DNA from: a phage
DNA: 64,000 bases
Sequence record: NC_129898.1
Strand: one strand, 5' to 3'
The notes beneath the pieces were generated by a model that saw only the letters and a program-made list of their open reading frames with translations, had not been told where the DNA came from and did not search any database. Below, one piece after another: positions 27,303 to 36,552 of this stretch (the first letter of the stretch is position 1; each line of letters opens with the position of its first letter). The position numbers were made by a program, and so were the translations under genes.

Positions 27303-27883
27303 TAAGCATCTGCAAGATCGGCCTTACCTTGTACCAAATTGATCCCATCCAGGAACCCCGGTTCAGATACTTCGCAGGCCTTAACCATCAACTTTTTATC
27401 CATCGTAACAGGTTTCTTCACAGTATGCTCTTTACCTGTCCTTTTGTCAAGCTTTTTCTTCTCCTCAAAAGCAAGTTCTTCAGGAAGATGACTACGAGCA
27501 AACTTTTTGGCAGTTGTTGGTGTCACTGTGTGGACCTTAAACAGGCCGTCATTTTCACAATCTGCTAAAGCATCCCAAAGCATAACTTCAAGACCATAAA
27601 ACAACCCAGCCAGTTCACGTGTGGCATCTCCTCGCGATCCGAAGGAGAGCCCTTCCATAACCACGGTGTCAACGCCGTGCGTGTGGATATAATATCTAAC
27701 CTGTTTGCAGATCCAGTCAATACGCTCAGCAGCTGTTGCAAAAGAAACCGTCCCTGGTTTCTTTTCTTTTGCAGACGAGCTTTGGGTTCGTAACACAACC
27801 TTATGAACAGGCCTACCATCGTCCCATACAACGCAGGCCGTGTGGGTAAGAGACTGGTCTATAGACAGCAGTCTTTCTCTCAT
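27254..27883 (-). CDS. RuvC-like Holliday junction resolvase
   Basis: N-terminal LSIDQSLTHTACVV (catalytic D), C-terminal DLADAYWIG resembling RuvC DAADA. Confidence 0.55.
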   Translation of the reverse strand: MRERLLSIDQSLTHTACVVWDDGRPVHKVVLRTQSSSAKEKKPGTVSFATAAERIDWICKQVRYYIHTHGVDTVVMEGLSFGSRGDATRELAGLFYGLEVMLWDALADCENDGLFKVHTVTPTTAKKFARSHLPEELAFEEKKKLDKRTGKEHTVKKPVTMDKKLMVKACEVSEPGFLDGINLVQGKADLADAYWIGRAHLEGLSQSVK

Positions 27884-28206
27884 GCTGTCTCCTCTTCATC
27901 TGGGGCATAAGCTTTGTCTTTGAACAACACAAGGGAGCAAAGCTTAACATCTGTTTCCACACTGGTAAACATGCATAACCGCTCGCCCTCGATCAGCTCA
28001 CAGTCCTCTTTTAAAACAGCAGACCATACACGATCATCTGCGTAATCATCAGTATACAAGATGTATGCAATAGTGTCATCTTCATACAACCGCCACATAC
28101 CTGTGGCAACAATAAATGTATTTTTTGTTTTAATGGTGCCTGTTGTATGGTCATCCTCAAAAACAGCTTCCATAATTGCATTATCTACAGAGTTTTTAGT
28201 CATCAA
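27880..28206 (-). CDS. hypothetical protein
   Basis: 108-aa ORF. Confidence 0.45.
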   Translation of the reverse strand: MMTKNSVDNAIMEAVFEDDHTTGTIKTKNTFIVATGMWRLYEDDTIAYILYTDDYADDRVWSAVLKEDCELIEGERLCMFTSVETDVKLCSLVLFKDKAYAPDEEETA

Positions 28207-29342
28207 ATTGCTCCAACATTTCTAAGAACATTAACAAGTTTTGTTTGGTCATTGAATGATCGCTTCATATACAAACAGTCGAAAATTATACTCATCCACT
28301 GACCTACGGAAATCCTACGGTCGATACCATTGAAATCAGTATACTTAACGGCACCTTTCGGAAACCATTTTTTATACTGATCAATGATTGCTAACCACAT
28401 CTCCTTCGGTGTGCTGCACTGAGACAGCAAGGAGAATGCAGATGCATCTCCAAACTTTCCTTTACCAATAAGCCCTTGGTAAGGCTTAATATTGTCAGCT
28501 GAGTCACCACATAGCATTTGATAACCGAAGAACAACATTCCATACCCACCAACATCTCCGTTTGGTTTCATGAATATGTTACCCATACCGTTATCAATAA
28601 GCATAGGAGTTTCTCTTACAAAATCACCTTTATCGTTCCTCATCGGATCGAATACAAGCCCAGGAAGTGTTCGCTGGTCCTTATCTATAGAGATAATAAA
28701 CTTGTTGAACTTACCTGTTTTCTGGTAGTGGTTCCAACCTTCAAATTGCTGGATAGCTAACCAGTCGTCAGCTTCAATACCGTTGATCACCTGAGCGTTA
28801 TACTGCTTTTGGAGATACTGTCTTGCATCTTCAAGCAACAGTGGTCGAAGAGTATTGTTACGGTTGGCTTTATATCGTTCCGGCATGGGAAGATCTAGTC
28901 TGAAATTACCTGTGCCTCCAAGCACTCCTACGCACCGATCTTCAGGAATACCAAGATAGTTAAGGACTGCGTTAGCTTTACACTTAATTGTGTGCAAGCA
29001 GTTCTCTACAGGATCAGGGGTTTGGATATCCAAGACATCGAAATCTTCACGTGTCCACGGAATAAACTCCTTGCCAGCTTTTTTACATGCAGCTTCACGG
29101 TTGGTGTTCTCAGCCTTTAACCAACCGCCAACTGCGTTCTTCTGCCTCCCCCAAAACTCTGTTCGTGTTTTGAACACCTTCTTACGTCCGGAGGCTTTAT
29201 GTGTTACCTCAATTGTCCTTTTTTCACAACTTGCTGCAGCTTGATATGCAACCTGATCGAAGTCATAATAAACTATAGCGTCAGGTTCAAGAAGATCAGC
29301 TAGACAATCTATGGACTCAATAAGTGGATATTCTCTACTCAA
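28203..29342 (-). CDS. FEN-family 5'-3' exonuclease / RNase H-like
   Basis: IVYYDFDQVAYQAA, GIEADDWLAIQQF and FIISIDKDQRTL match the three acidic motifs of Pol I 5' nuclease / T4 RNase H. Confidence 0.7.
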   Translation of the reverse strand: MSREYPLIESIDCLADLLEPDAIVYYDFDQVAYQAAASCEKRTIEVTHKASGRKKVFKTRTEFWGRQKNAVGGWLKAENTNREAACKKAGKEFIPWTREDFDVLDIQTPDPVENCLHTIKCKANAVLNYLGIPEDRCVGVLGGTGNFRLDLPMPERYKANRNNTLRPLLLEDARQYLQKQYNAQVINGIEADDWLAIQQFEGWNHYQKTGKFNKFIISIDKDQRTLPGLVFDPMRNDKGDFVRETPMLIDNGMGNIFMKPNGDVGGYGMLFFGYQMLCGDSADNIKPYQGLIGKGKFGDASAFSLLSQCSTPKEMWLAIIDQYKKWFPKGAVKYTDFNGIDRRISVGQWMSIIFDCLYMKRSFNDQTKLVNVLRNVGAI

Positions 29343-29643
29343 AGACCCTCCTGTTAGTTACTCTGCAAGATGGTTGGATGCTGTAATGGAATGCATCATC
29401 ACTCTCTGCAATAAGCGACTCAACATCCCAATATTTTTCAAAAAGGAACGGATTAGACCCCCAGTGGTGGGTTATTTTCATCAAGGAGTCTGGTATCAGA
29501 TAACCAGAGATCTTAACTACATCACCAGGTTGAATTGTGTTTTCATGAAGGTTGCTTGCCTTCTTCAGGATCATACCTTTATGATTCTCGTTTGCATACA
29601 ACTGGACAATATCTTTATCTTCAACAATAAAAATTTTAAGCAT
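29335..29643 (-). CDS. hypothetical protein
   Basis: 102-aa ORF. Confidence 0.45.
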   Translation of the reverse strand: MLKIFIVEDKDIVQLYANENHKGMILKKASNLHENTIQPGDVVKISGYLIPDSLMKITHHWGSNPFLFEKYWDVESLIAESDDAFHYSIQPSCRVTNRRVFE

Positions 29644-29702
29644 ACCTAGTTCTCCTAGTTTATAAATATCTGACTGATACTATCAGATTAATGACACTTT
29701 TG

Positions 29703-29996
29703 TCAAGACTTTTTAGTCTTCCTTGGAGAGCTTTTTGTTGATCTTTTCCGTTTGTGGTAGATTCCAAGTGCAGCGTTTTCTTGTGCGCACGTTTTAACAG
29801 TTCTCAGACAAGAACTTTCAGCTTTAGGCAGGTTTAACTCCCACCAACCAAGCCAGTAAAGTTCTGATTCAGACAACTGCTCAGATTCAGCCTTCCGATA
29901 CAATGATTGCATACCTCTAATAATGTCGTCCAGAGGCGTATCGAATACAAAAGCTGTCTTATCAAATTTCTCTTTTACAGGTTTCTTAGCCATCAA
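29703..29996 (-). CDS. hypothetical basic protein
   Basis: 97-aa ORF, Lys/Arg-rich C-terminus. Confidence 0.45.
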   Translation of the reverse strand: MMAKKPVKEKFDKTAFVFDTPLDDIIRGMQSLYRKAESEQLSESELYWLGWWELNLPKAESSCLRTVKTCAQENAALGIYHKRKRSTKSSPRKTKKS

Positions 29997-30450
29997 GGTA
30001 ACCCTCTATCCACGAAAAGTCAGTCTTCCATTCCGGAACTTTACTAAGCTCACGCCACTCTGCAAAGCAGTCTCGGTAATAGGCCTCTGCCATACCTTTA
30101 GTGATCTTATTCACCTTAGCCAACTGATTAACTGCCTGAGCATACTTCCCACGGATATTTGCTAACCCAGGGTGCACCGATGTGTGACAATCCGGGCACA
30201 GAGCTATCAGTCCGACAAGCCGGATCACCCCCTCTTCGAAGGTGTAAAGTTCATGACACTCCACAGGGTGTTTGCTACCTTTGCCGCCACACACCTCGCA
30301 AGTGTAGTTGGCCTCTCTGTAGCACTTCTTACGGATCTTATCCCACTCACTCTTCTTCACAGCGTTTCGGAGGTTATTATACCAAGCTGTTTCTGGGATC
30401 AGTTGTACAATAAGCCTGCGTTCAGACTTCATTAAACGTCCGTCTTCCAC
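29986..30450 (-). CDS. zinc-binding HNH-like nuclease candidate
   Basis: CEVCG...ECHELY...LCPDCHTSVH Cys/His pattern. Confidence 0.4.
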   Translation of the reverse strand: MEDGRLMKSERRLIVQLIPETAWYNNLRNAVKKSEWDKIRKKCYREANYTCEVCGGKGSKHPVECHELYTFEEGVIRLVGLIALCPDCHTSVHPGLANIRGKYAQAVNQLAKVNKITKGMAEAYYRDCFAEWRELSKVPEWKTDFSWIEGYLDG

Positions 30451-30459
30451 GTATCCTCC

Positions 30460-30666
30460 TCATTCAAAGAAATGGGTGCGAGGGCAGGAACCTGCCTCAC
30501 CTTGCTTCACAAGCTCATATAGCTCACCTTGGCTTGTCTCATAAAGGCAAATACGTTTACCATTGTCCCGATATACATCTACAAGGTACGCTGTCTCACC
30601 TGCAAACACGACACCACAGGCAAGGCATGCAGCCATGAACAAAATTGCCAACAGAAAATCTTTCAT
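30460..30666 (-). CDS. small secreted / lipoprotein-like protein next to endolysin
   Basis: 68 aa; signal peptide MKDFLLAILFMAACLACG with lipobox-like LAC. Confidence 0.45.
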   Translation of the reverse strand: MKDFLLAILFMAACLACGVVFAGETAYLVDVYRDNGKRICLYETSQGELYELVKQGEAGSCPRTHFFE

Positions 30667-30729
30667 AGTTAAATCCTCCTTAACATTCTATGAGGTAACA
30701 ATACCACGTCCGTGTGGTCATGTCAATGA

Positions 30730-31200
30730 TTAATCTAGGACAACACCGCCTGACTTTTTAAACACCTCGATCAACTTTTCGATCTTCTGTTCGTGCTGAC
30801 CGTACCCTGCACCTGGAAGGCTTGCCCATCGAGATCTGCAAAGATGGATGGCCTGGTGAATACGACCTTCATCAATATCATCGAGCGCCTTACACTCACG
30901 GATCAGTTGCAACGCAATCTTGTCCTGACTGGCAGGGCCAAAATCTGGTAATCCTAACTGTTTCATATAGTGTTTAGCAAACTTCTCCAGAATCTGGTAA
31001 CGCCCAGCAGCAGAGGAGGTAAGTTTAGCATTTAGCTTAACGTAAACACCTGGATGCTTACTGTAATCGCTAAACAGCTTGCCCCCGACTATGACATCGT
31101 AGCCCCGATCCTTGGTAGGTTGTCTACCATTATCTGTACCTTCTGAATATGCGATCATATCCAAGAAAGCTTTTCGTTGAACATTTTTATCAAGTTTCAT
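30730..31200 (-). CDS. endolysin, lambda R-like lytic transglycosylase family
   Basis: AYSEGTD...YDVIVGG...SAAGRYQIL motifs typical of lambda-lysozyme-like enzymes. Confidence 0.75.
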   Translation of the reverse strand: MKLDKNVQRKAFLDMIAYSEGTDNGRQPTKDRGYDVIVGGKLFSDYSKHPGVYVKLNAKLTSSAAGRYQILEKFAKHYMKQLGLPDFGPASQDKIALQLIRECKALDDIDEGRIHQAIHLCRSRWASLPGAGYGQHEQKIEKLIEVFKKSGGVVLD

Positions 31201-31341
31201 TTTTCATACTCTCCAGTTCACTCATAACGAGCCCTGATCAGCACGTGGCTAGGTTGCACAGTGCATACATCAGGGCATATGTAGGTGCCAATTGAAAACA
31301 CTCATTCAATTGGCTACCGTTATCTACTAAACATACCTACA

Positions 31342-32625
31342 CTATTCCAGAACATCCCAAGTGTCTGGATTAACATTTCGGACGCAGATACCGACAGGGA
31401 ATTGGTAGTTGTTGTCTTCTGTCCTTGCTTGATATTTAAAGGTGACAAACTTGCCGATCATTTCCTGCATCCTGCTATAGCTACGCTCCTCGTGCGTGCC
31501 TTTCATCTTCATTTTAACAACGATGCCTTCCTTGTCAACGCAGATAAGAACACCCTCATCATTCTTATCTTTCTCAACGTCAATAACTTTCACCTCTGCG
31601 TCGTTGAACTTTTTCCATTTCAATGCTTCAGATGTTCGCTGACCGTATTCGTATTTACCACAGAAGTTACGCATGATAGTACCTTCATACCCTTCGGACA
31701 TGAATACACCAACAGATTCTTCGCAATGATCAACTGTGTACGCAATCTCTGCGTCAACAACCTTGATATGGTCAAGCATCAGAGTGGTAATGGTATCTTC
31801 TGCATCCATAAGATCCTTGCAGCGTCCAGACTCTGTTTCTGGATCCCACCACACCTTGTCACTAGGGATATCAAAAATGTGATACTCTAAGTCATAGCTA
31901 CAGTACCCTCCGTAACGCAAATCATCACGAACAGGCTCAACATCAACAGGAATATCTACCTTATTGAAGTTTTTGTATGTTGATAAGCCTGCCTTAATTG
32001 CGGCATGACGGCGTTTTTTATCTGCCTCGTAGTCTTTATCGATCTCGGCCTGAATCTCTTCCTGTGTGCGCCACCGTTTAGCAAGAGACACTATTTTCTG
32101 CAGAGGCAGACCATGAATATAGATCTCTCCGTCGAGCTGTTTAATCCCGGTGGTGAAGTGGAAAGAACGAAGTTGCTCCAGAAGCTTTCCTTGAATAGGG
32201 TAGGACTTATTACCACGGGAAATAAATTTAGGCTCCCCATTTTGGAAAACAACAAGTAGACGAAGGCCATCTAACTTACGCAAGATCCAGCAAGGTAATT
32301 TAAGTGCCTTTCCACGCTTCAGGTAGTCATGCACCAGCATGGGTAAAAGGTCAACGCCCTGCTCGCAATCTTCCATATTTTCAACATACCCCAGACGGAC
32401 TTGTTTTTCCCACTTACTGATCGCTTCCAGCTCAGCCTGTTGCTCAGCTGTAGTTTCATTGGCACGACCAACGTTCTTAGGTGTGCAGATCGTCTCTTTG
32501 TATTGCAGTTTACCGTCAAGCTTGCCAAACTCTACGATAACCTTATCACCATCCGTGAATACTTTCCACTGTTGGTAGCTGCCATCTTTGTTCAGTGCGT
32601 ACAGTGTTGTTTTGATCTGATGCAT
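31342..32625 (-). CDS. ATP-dependent DNA ligase
   Basis: Motif I RKLDGLR (KxDGxR), motif IV EGTIMRN, motif V ALKWKKF; 427 aa. Confidence 0.7.
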   Translation of the reverse strand: MHQIKTTLYALNKDGSYQQWKVFTDGDKVIVEFGKLDGKLQYKETICTPKNVGRANETTAEQQAELEAISKWEKQVRLGYVENMEDCEQGVDLLPMLVHDYLKRGKALKLPCWILRKLDGLRLLVVFQNGEPKFISRGNKSYPIQGKLLEQLRSFHFTTGIKQLDGEIYIHGLPLQKIVSLAKRWRTQEEIQAEIDKDYEADKKRRHAAIKAGLSTYKNFNKVDIPVDVEPVRDDLRYGGYCSYDLEYHIFDIPSDKVWWDPETESGRCKDLMDAEDTITTLMLDHIKVVDAEIAYTVDHCEESVGVFMSEGYEGTIMRNFCGKYEYGQRTSEALKWKKFNDAEVKVIDVEKDKNDEGVLICVDKEGIVVKMKMKGTHEERSYSRMQEMIGKFVTFKYQARTEDNNYQFPVGICVRNVNPDTWDVLE

Positions 32626-32894
32626 TACTCAGCCTCTTCCTTAAAAATTTTAAACATCTCTTCTTTGCTCATTACCAACCAGTCTCCCATAAAGTCAACT
32701 AACCAATCCCCTTGGTACAAGACAAGGTTACCAAACGGCTCGACAAGCTCGCACATGCGAAGAATATCTCTGGTTCGAACAGGTGACGATGTAAACACAC
32801 CTGTATCAATCCACCGTTGCAGATCAGATACTGATGAAGAGCTTCCGTCAAACTGGTGTGCCTCTACAGGTTTAGCAAGATTAAATAACGGCAT
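32625..32894 (-). CDS. hypothetical protein
   Basis: 89-aa ORF. Confidence 0.45.
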   Translation of the reverse strand: MPLFNLAKPVEAHQFDGSSSSVSDLQRWIDTGVFTSSPVRTRDILRMCELVEPFGNLVLYQGDWLVDFMGDWLVMSKEEMFKIFKEEAE

Positions 32895-33189
32895 TGCAGT
32901 CCTCCTTCTCTAATAGGTCTTTTATCGGGTAAACAAGCAGGTGCGGATCGTAATAACTTATAGTCTTATTCTGCCACACTATGAACTTAATTACAACTAA
33001 ATTTACCACATCTTTATCCCCATGTAGTCCAACACACAAATTTGTCCATATTTTGTGGTTGAATACTTTGCTGTCGATGTAGATCTTAGTGTCAAACTTA
33101 TCCTCTATCCTACCTATAAGTTTAACCAATTCTTTCATCTGATCACCAAACACAGCATCGTTTTCAAGATCTCTGGAGTGCTTGTACAT
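32881..33189 (-). CDS. hypothetical protein
   Basis: 102-aa ORF. Confidence 0.45.
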   Translation of the reverse strand: MYKHSRDLENDAVFGDQMKELVKLIGRIEDKFDTKIYIDSKVFNHKIWTNLCVGLHGDKDVVNLVVIKFIVWQNKTISYYDPHLLVYPIKDLLEKEDCNAVI

Positions 33190-33228
33190 AACTTTCTACC
33201 TCACTTGCATACTTTCCGAAACAAGTAA

Positions 33229-33247
33229 AGCCGGGATCGCCCCGGCT
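33229..33247 (-). terminator. terminator-like hairpin
   Basis: AGCCGGG-ATCGC-CCCGGCT 3' of 33254..33967; weak U-tract. Confidence 0.35.
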
Positions 33248-33253
33248 ATGTTA

Positions 33254-33967
33254 TTAAATATATTCTGTTACATCCTTGAAGCTCGAAGGCTTCATAATCT
33301 TACCTTTACTGTCGAGGAATATGATAACTTTATTTCCGTTGTAGAATTCTTCTTTAGCAACAAAACCTTCATAGCGACCATCAAAGCGTCGCTCAAGATC
33401 TTTAATCTCCAACTCGATGAGTTGTTCAGCAGGCATATCTGCACTGGCACCGTGTGAATACCGCAGATGGTTGACGCGTGCAAACTTGCTGTCATTAGAT
33501 TTTAGAACCTTCCGCATCATCCCGCACACATCACCGCGAAGCTGGAACAGCAAAGCTGTTGACAACTCTGCTAAGCGGTAAGCAGACGCTCTTTGCTTAG
33601 AGGTATTTTTCGCAGCGATCAGTGTATCATAAAATTCACCGATCTTAAACTTAAGACCTCGCGGATTATCAAACAGGTTTGACCACTTTTCATGGTTATC
33701 GTTAACAAGATAAGCGGCATAACTTGTGACAACGTGAAGATCGCAGGCCTCTTTTAGGAGATGATCCCCACCATCACCTTTCTCCAACTCTTCCAAAACT
33801 TCATTGAACTCTTCCTCAATGAAACTCAGCTGAAGTTCGAATGGTGTGTATGATTTTTTCACTTTAGCTGCTACACGGTTCCAATTTTCCACCCAGTTGG
33901 CAGACCAAAGGTAGTTTTCAGGCTGAGACAGTTTTTCCAGGTTGTCGATCAGTTTAGTATTCAGCAT
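33254..33967 (-). CDS. MazG-like nucleotide pyrophosphohydrolase candidate
   Basis: IEEEFNEVLEELEK...KEACDL resembles the MazG/HisE EExxE helix; 237 aa; assignment tentative. Confidence 0.4.
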   Translation of the reverse strand: MLNTKLIDNLEKLSQPENYLWSANWVENWNRVAAKVKKSYTPFELQLSFIEEEFNEVLEELEKGDGGDHLLKEACDLHVVTSYAAYLVNDNHEKWSNLFDNPRGLKFKIGEFYDTLIAAKNTSKQRASAYRLAELSTALLFQLRGDVCGMMRKVLKSNDSKFARVNHLRYSHGASADMPAEQLIELEIKDLERRFDGRYEGFVAKEEFYNGNKVIIFLDSKGKIMKPSSFKDVTEYI

Positions 33968-33981
33968 TAAAAGGCCTCCGC

Positions 33982-34743
33982 TTACAGTTCCATAAAGTTT
34001 TCTACGATGTCAATGAATGTTTTATCAGAGAAAGCGTCAACCGCCCCGTTAAACCAAACTGGGATGCCGCGATCCTCATACTGGTAAATGTCACTACGTG
34101 AAATGCCATTCTCCCCTAAATGCTGTGAGTCGTATTTGTTAACGATCAGTAGTTTAGTCCCCTTATTACAGGCAGGGAATAGCTCCCAGTTAAAATTGAT
34201 AACTGTGTTGGAGCACCCTACAAGGATAACCATATCATTGCTCGTCAGAGAAGTCAACAGGTCATACATGTCTACATACTTTGGAGCTACTTCTCCGAAG
34301 AACACTACATTAGGCTTGACCCAAGTATACTCGCTTGCATCTACCTCAGAGTATCCAATGTCTTTAATGACGTCATTCCCTTCATCATCCTCGTAGACTA
34401 TTTCTGGCAAATATCCGTGGACATGTAAAATATCTTCATGTTTTACACCAGCACGCTCCAGCAAATCATCTACATTGGTGGTCAGGTTGATCACACGACC
34501 AGACCAGCGGGAATACCATTCAGCTATCCGGAGATGTGCAAGGTTAGGATCAACACTGCCCAGAGCTACACGCCGTGCATTATAAAAGTCATGCACCTTA
34601 TAGTAGTTCTTGGCAAAGGTGTGGATGTTACACACCTCATCGATGCTGAAATTCTCCCACATTGCAGTGCCACCAGATCGGAAAGTTGGGATACCAGATT
34701 CAGCGCTCAAACCAGCACCGGAGATAATGATCAGTCGTCGCAT
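33982..34743 (-). CDS. Sir2-family (sirtuin-like) NAD-binding protein lacking zinc-ribbon cysteines
   Basis: GAGLSAESGIPTFR, PNLAHxxIA, TTNVDDL and HG motifs in canonical order; no CxxC...CxxC after the HG. Confidence 0.7.
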   Translation of the reverse strand: MRRLIIISGAGLSAESGIPTFRSGGTAMWENFSIDEVCNIHTFAKNYYKVHDFYNARRVALGSVDPNLAHLRIAEWYSRWSGRVINLTTNVDDLLERAGVKHEDILHVHGYLPEIVYEDDEGNDVIKDIGYSEVDASEYTWVKPNVVFFGEVAPKYVDMYDLLTSLTSNDMVILVGCSNTVINFNWELFPACNKGTKLLIVNKYDSQHLGENGISRSDIYQYEDRGIPVWFNGAVDAFSDKTFIDIVENFMEL

Positions 34744-34751
34744 AAGTGTCC

Positions 34752-35102
34752 TCAGTAGATGTTTTGTTTAATTTCTATTCCAAACTTTTTAAACGAGTCA
34801 GCAGCAAGCATGAATTTACGAGCCGCTGATGGGTTAGAAGTATGCACGAAAATCTTCACGTTGTCAACTACAGGAGGCTTACCAAATACAAATTTTTCCT
34901 CCAGTATGCAGAAGCAATCGTATCCTTCAAAAATTTCTCCCAAGTCGCTGTCAAAATGCCACTCAGAAACGCGTCTATATAGCTTTCCCTTGTCATTAAT
35001 GAAATCCATGAACTCAGAAGAACTCTTTAGCCAAAGAGCGTCTGGGAGCCCATAATTTGACGGATCTCTCAAATCATCTAGCCACACAATCAGCTTCTTC
35101 AT
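34752..35102 (-). CDS. hypothetical protein
   Basis: 116-aa ORF. Confidence 0.45.
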   Translation of the reverse strand: MKKLIVWLDDLRDPSNYGLPDALWLKSSSEFMDFINDKGKLYRRVSEWHFDSDLGEIFEGYDCFCILEEKFVFGKPPVVDNVKIFVHTSNPSAARKFMLAADSFKKFGIEIKQNIY

Positions 35103-36034
35103 TGCATATAGTCCTCGTTGTGGAAATAGCAGTCAAGTATCTCACGGCGTTCCTGCTCCAGGAGGCAATTCCACACATCTTCTGTGTAGTTTCTACGAAT
35201 GAAGTTTACCATGCCGTAAAACTCTTCGTCAACACGTTTAAAGATATCATCATCCCAAATCTTCCAAGCTCTACCCCTCATTACGACCTTCCGTGCCAGA
35301 TAGTAGGGAGACTTGATCTTTAGTTGCAGGTCATAAGGGTAGTAAGGCTTACGGATCATATACCCTTCGCCCCTTGTTTCTGCAGCCAACTCTTTTGCAT
35401 AGCTGAACGGAATTTCACGCACAGTGTGAGGACGTTTTGCACCAAGGTATTTGGCAATACCGTCTAAAGCTGCTTCTGGTAGCATTATTCCAGAATCATT
35501 GTATCGGCAACCGATCAAATAGGCACCATGATCTTCCTGAACAATATGCGGGTCTGAAGGGTGACAAATTTCAAACATGAATGTCATGTTTTCATGGCCC
35601 ATAACCTTCTTGATAAGATCTAAATTACCACATTGCTCCTGGATTGTTTCCTTTGCGAGGTTACAATATGGAGAATCAAGAGACCCTGTTGTTGAGAACA
35701 ACAGTTCACCTTTGTGAGATGATACCACACCAAGGAATCCGTTCTTTTTCTCTACCGCCGTCACAAGTTTATTGTCAGGCAGGTTGGTGGAATTTTCTCC
35801 CAAGTTAAACACTTTTGTGAAGGGCCATGCCACAACATTTCCTTCATTACCGACAACAATTCCTCGGCACTCTAGTAAACGCGGAGACAAATGCCATAGA
35901 TTGTTGTAAAATACTTTTCTGGCATATTTATAGATCTTTAACCCAAGATCTGGATAATACCGACTGGTTACAAGACCTTTATTCACTAAATCATCTGCAT
36001 TAAAATACTTCATCATACATTCCTCGTTTGTCAT
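35099..36034 (-). CDS. ligase-family nucleotidyltransferase, probable RNA ligase
   Basis: Motif I VEKKNGF (KxNG, no Arg at +5), motif IV EGYMIRK, motif V LKIKSP; 311 aa; a separate DNA ligase exists at 31342..32625. Confidence 0.55.
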   Translation of the reverse strand: MTNEECMMKYFNADDLVNKGLVTSRYYPDLGLKIYKYARKVFYNNLWHLSPRLLECRGIVVGNEGNVVAWPFTKVFNLGENSTNLPDNKLVTAVEKKNGFLGVVSSHKGELLFSTTGSLDSPYCNLAKETIQEQCGNLDLIKKVMGHENMTFMFEICHPSDPHIVQEDHGAYLIGCRYNDSGIMLPEAALDGIAKYLGAKRPHTVREIPFSYAKELAAETRGEGYMIRKPYYPYDLQLKIKSPYYLARKVVMRGRAWKIWDDDIFKRVDEEFYGMVNFIRRNYTEDVWNCLLEQERREILDCYFHNEDYMQ

Positions 36035-36077
36035 TTTGTCACTCTATCTTGCCACACAAATAAACTAGTGTCAACAC

Positions 36078-36106
36078 TTGAAATGAACAAAAGAGTTATG
36101 TATACT
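36078..36106 (+). promoter_or_regulatory. sigma70-like promoter for the plus-strand kinase operon
   Basis: TTGAAA (36078-36083), 17-nt spacer, TATACT (36101-36106); RBS GGAGG before ATG 36135. Confidence 0.55.
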
Positions 36107-36134
36107 ACCATTAAAATTAAAACGGAGGATTACT

Positions 36135-36545
36135 ATGTCTAAAATGCTATATATCGTGCGTGGTCTACCAGGTTCTGGCAAATCAACACTGGCAAATGCA
36201 CTATCTTTAGAGGGGCTGTACCCACATTTTGAGAACGACATGTTCTGGTACGACGACGATGGAAATTACAACTGGGATGCAAGTAAAGTAACACTTGCAG
36301 CAAAATGGTGCAAAGATAACGTAGAAGATATGATGCGTATGGGATACGACCGTGTCGTGGTAAGTAATACGTTTACAAAAGAAAAACATGTGCAAGAATA
36401 TGTTGACATGGCAATCAGTCATGGGTATAGTTATACTGTGATCGTGGTTGAAAACCGCCACGGTAATAAGAGCATTCATGATGTTCCAGATAGGGTTGTG
36501 GACCGTATGGAGCGTGAGCTTAAAAACTGCATTAAACTAAAATGA
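36135..36545 (+). CDS. P-loop kinase (polynucleotide-kinase-like)
   Basis: Walker A GLPGSGKST near the N-terminus; 136 aa; operonic with a metallophosphoesterase. Confidence 0.6.
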   Translation: MSKMLYIVRGLPGSGKSTLANALSLEGLYPHFENDMFWYDDDGNYNWDASKVTLAAKWCKDNVEDMMRMGYDRVVVSNTFTKEKHVQEYVDMAISHGYSYTVIVVENRHGNKSIHDVPDRVVDRMERELKNCIKLK

Positions 36546-36552
36546 GGGATGT

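Noticed and set aside
29986-30450. Possible holin at 29986..30450 based on proximity to the endolysin
   Set aside because: No transmembrane segment; Cys/His pattern indicates a zinc-binding nuclease-like protein instead.
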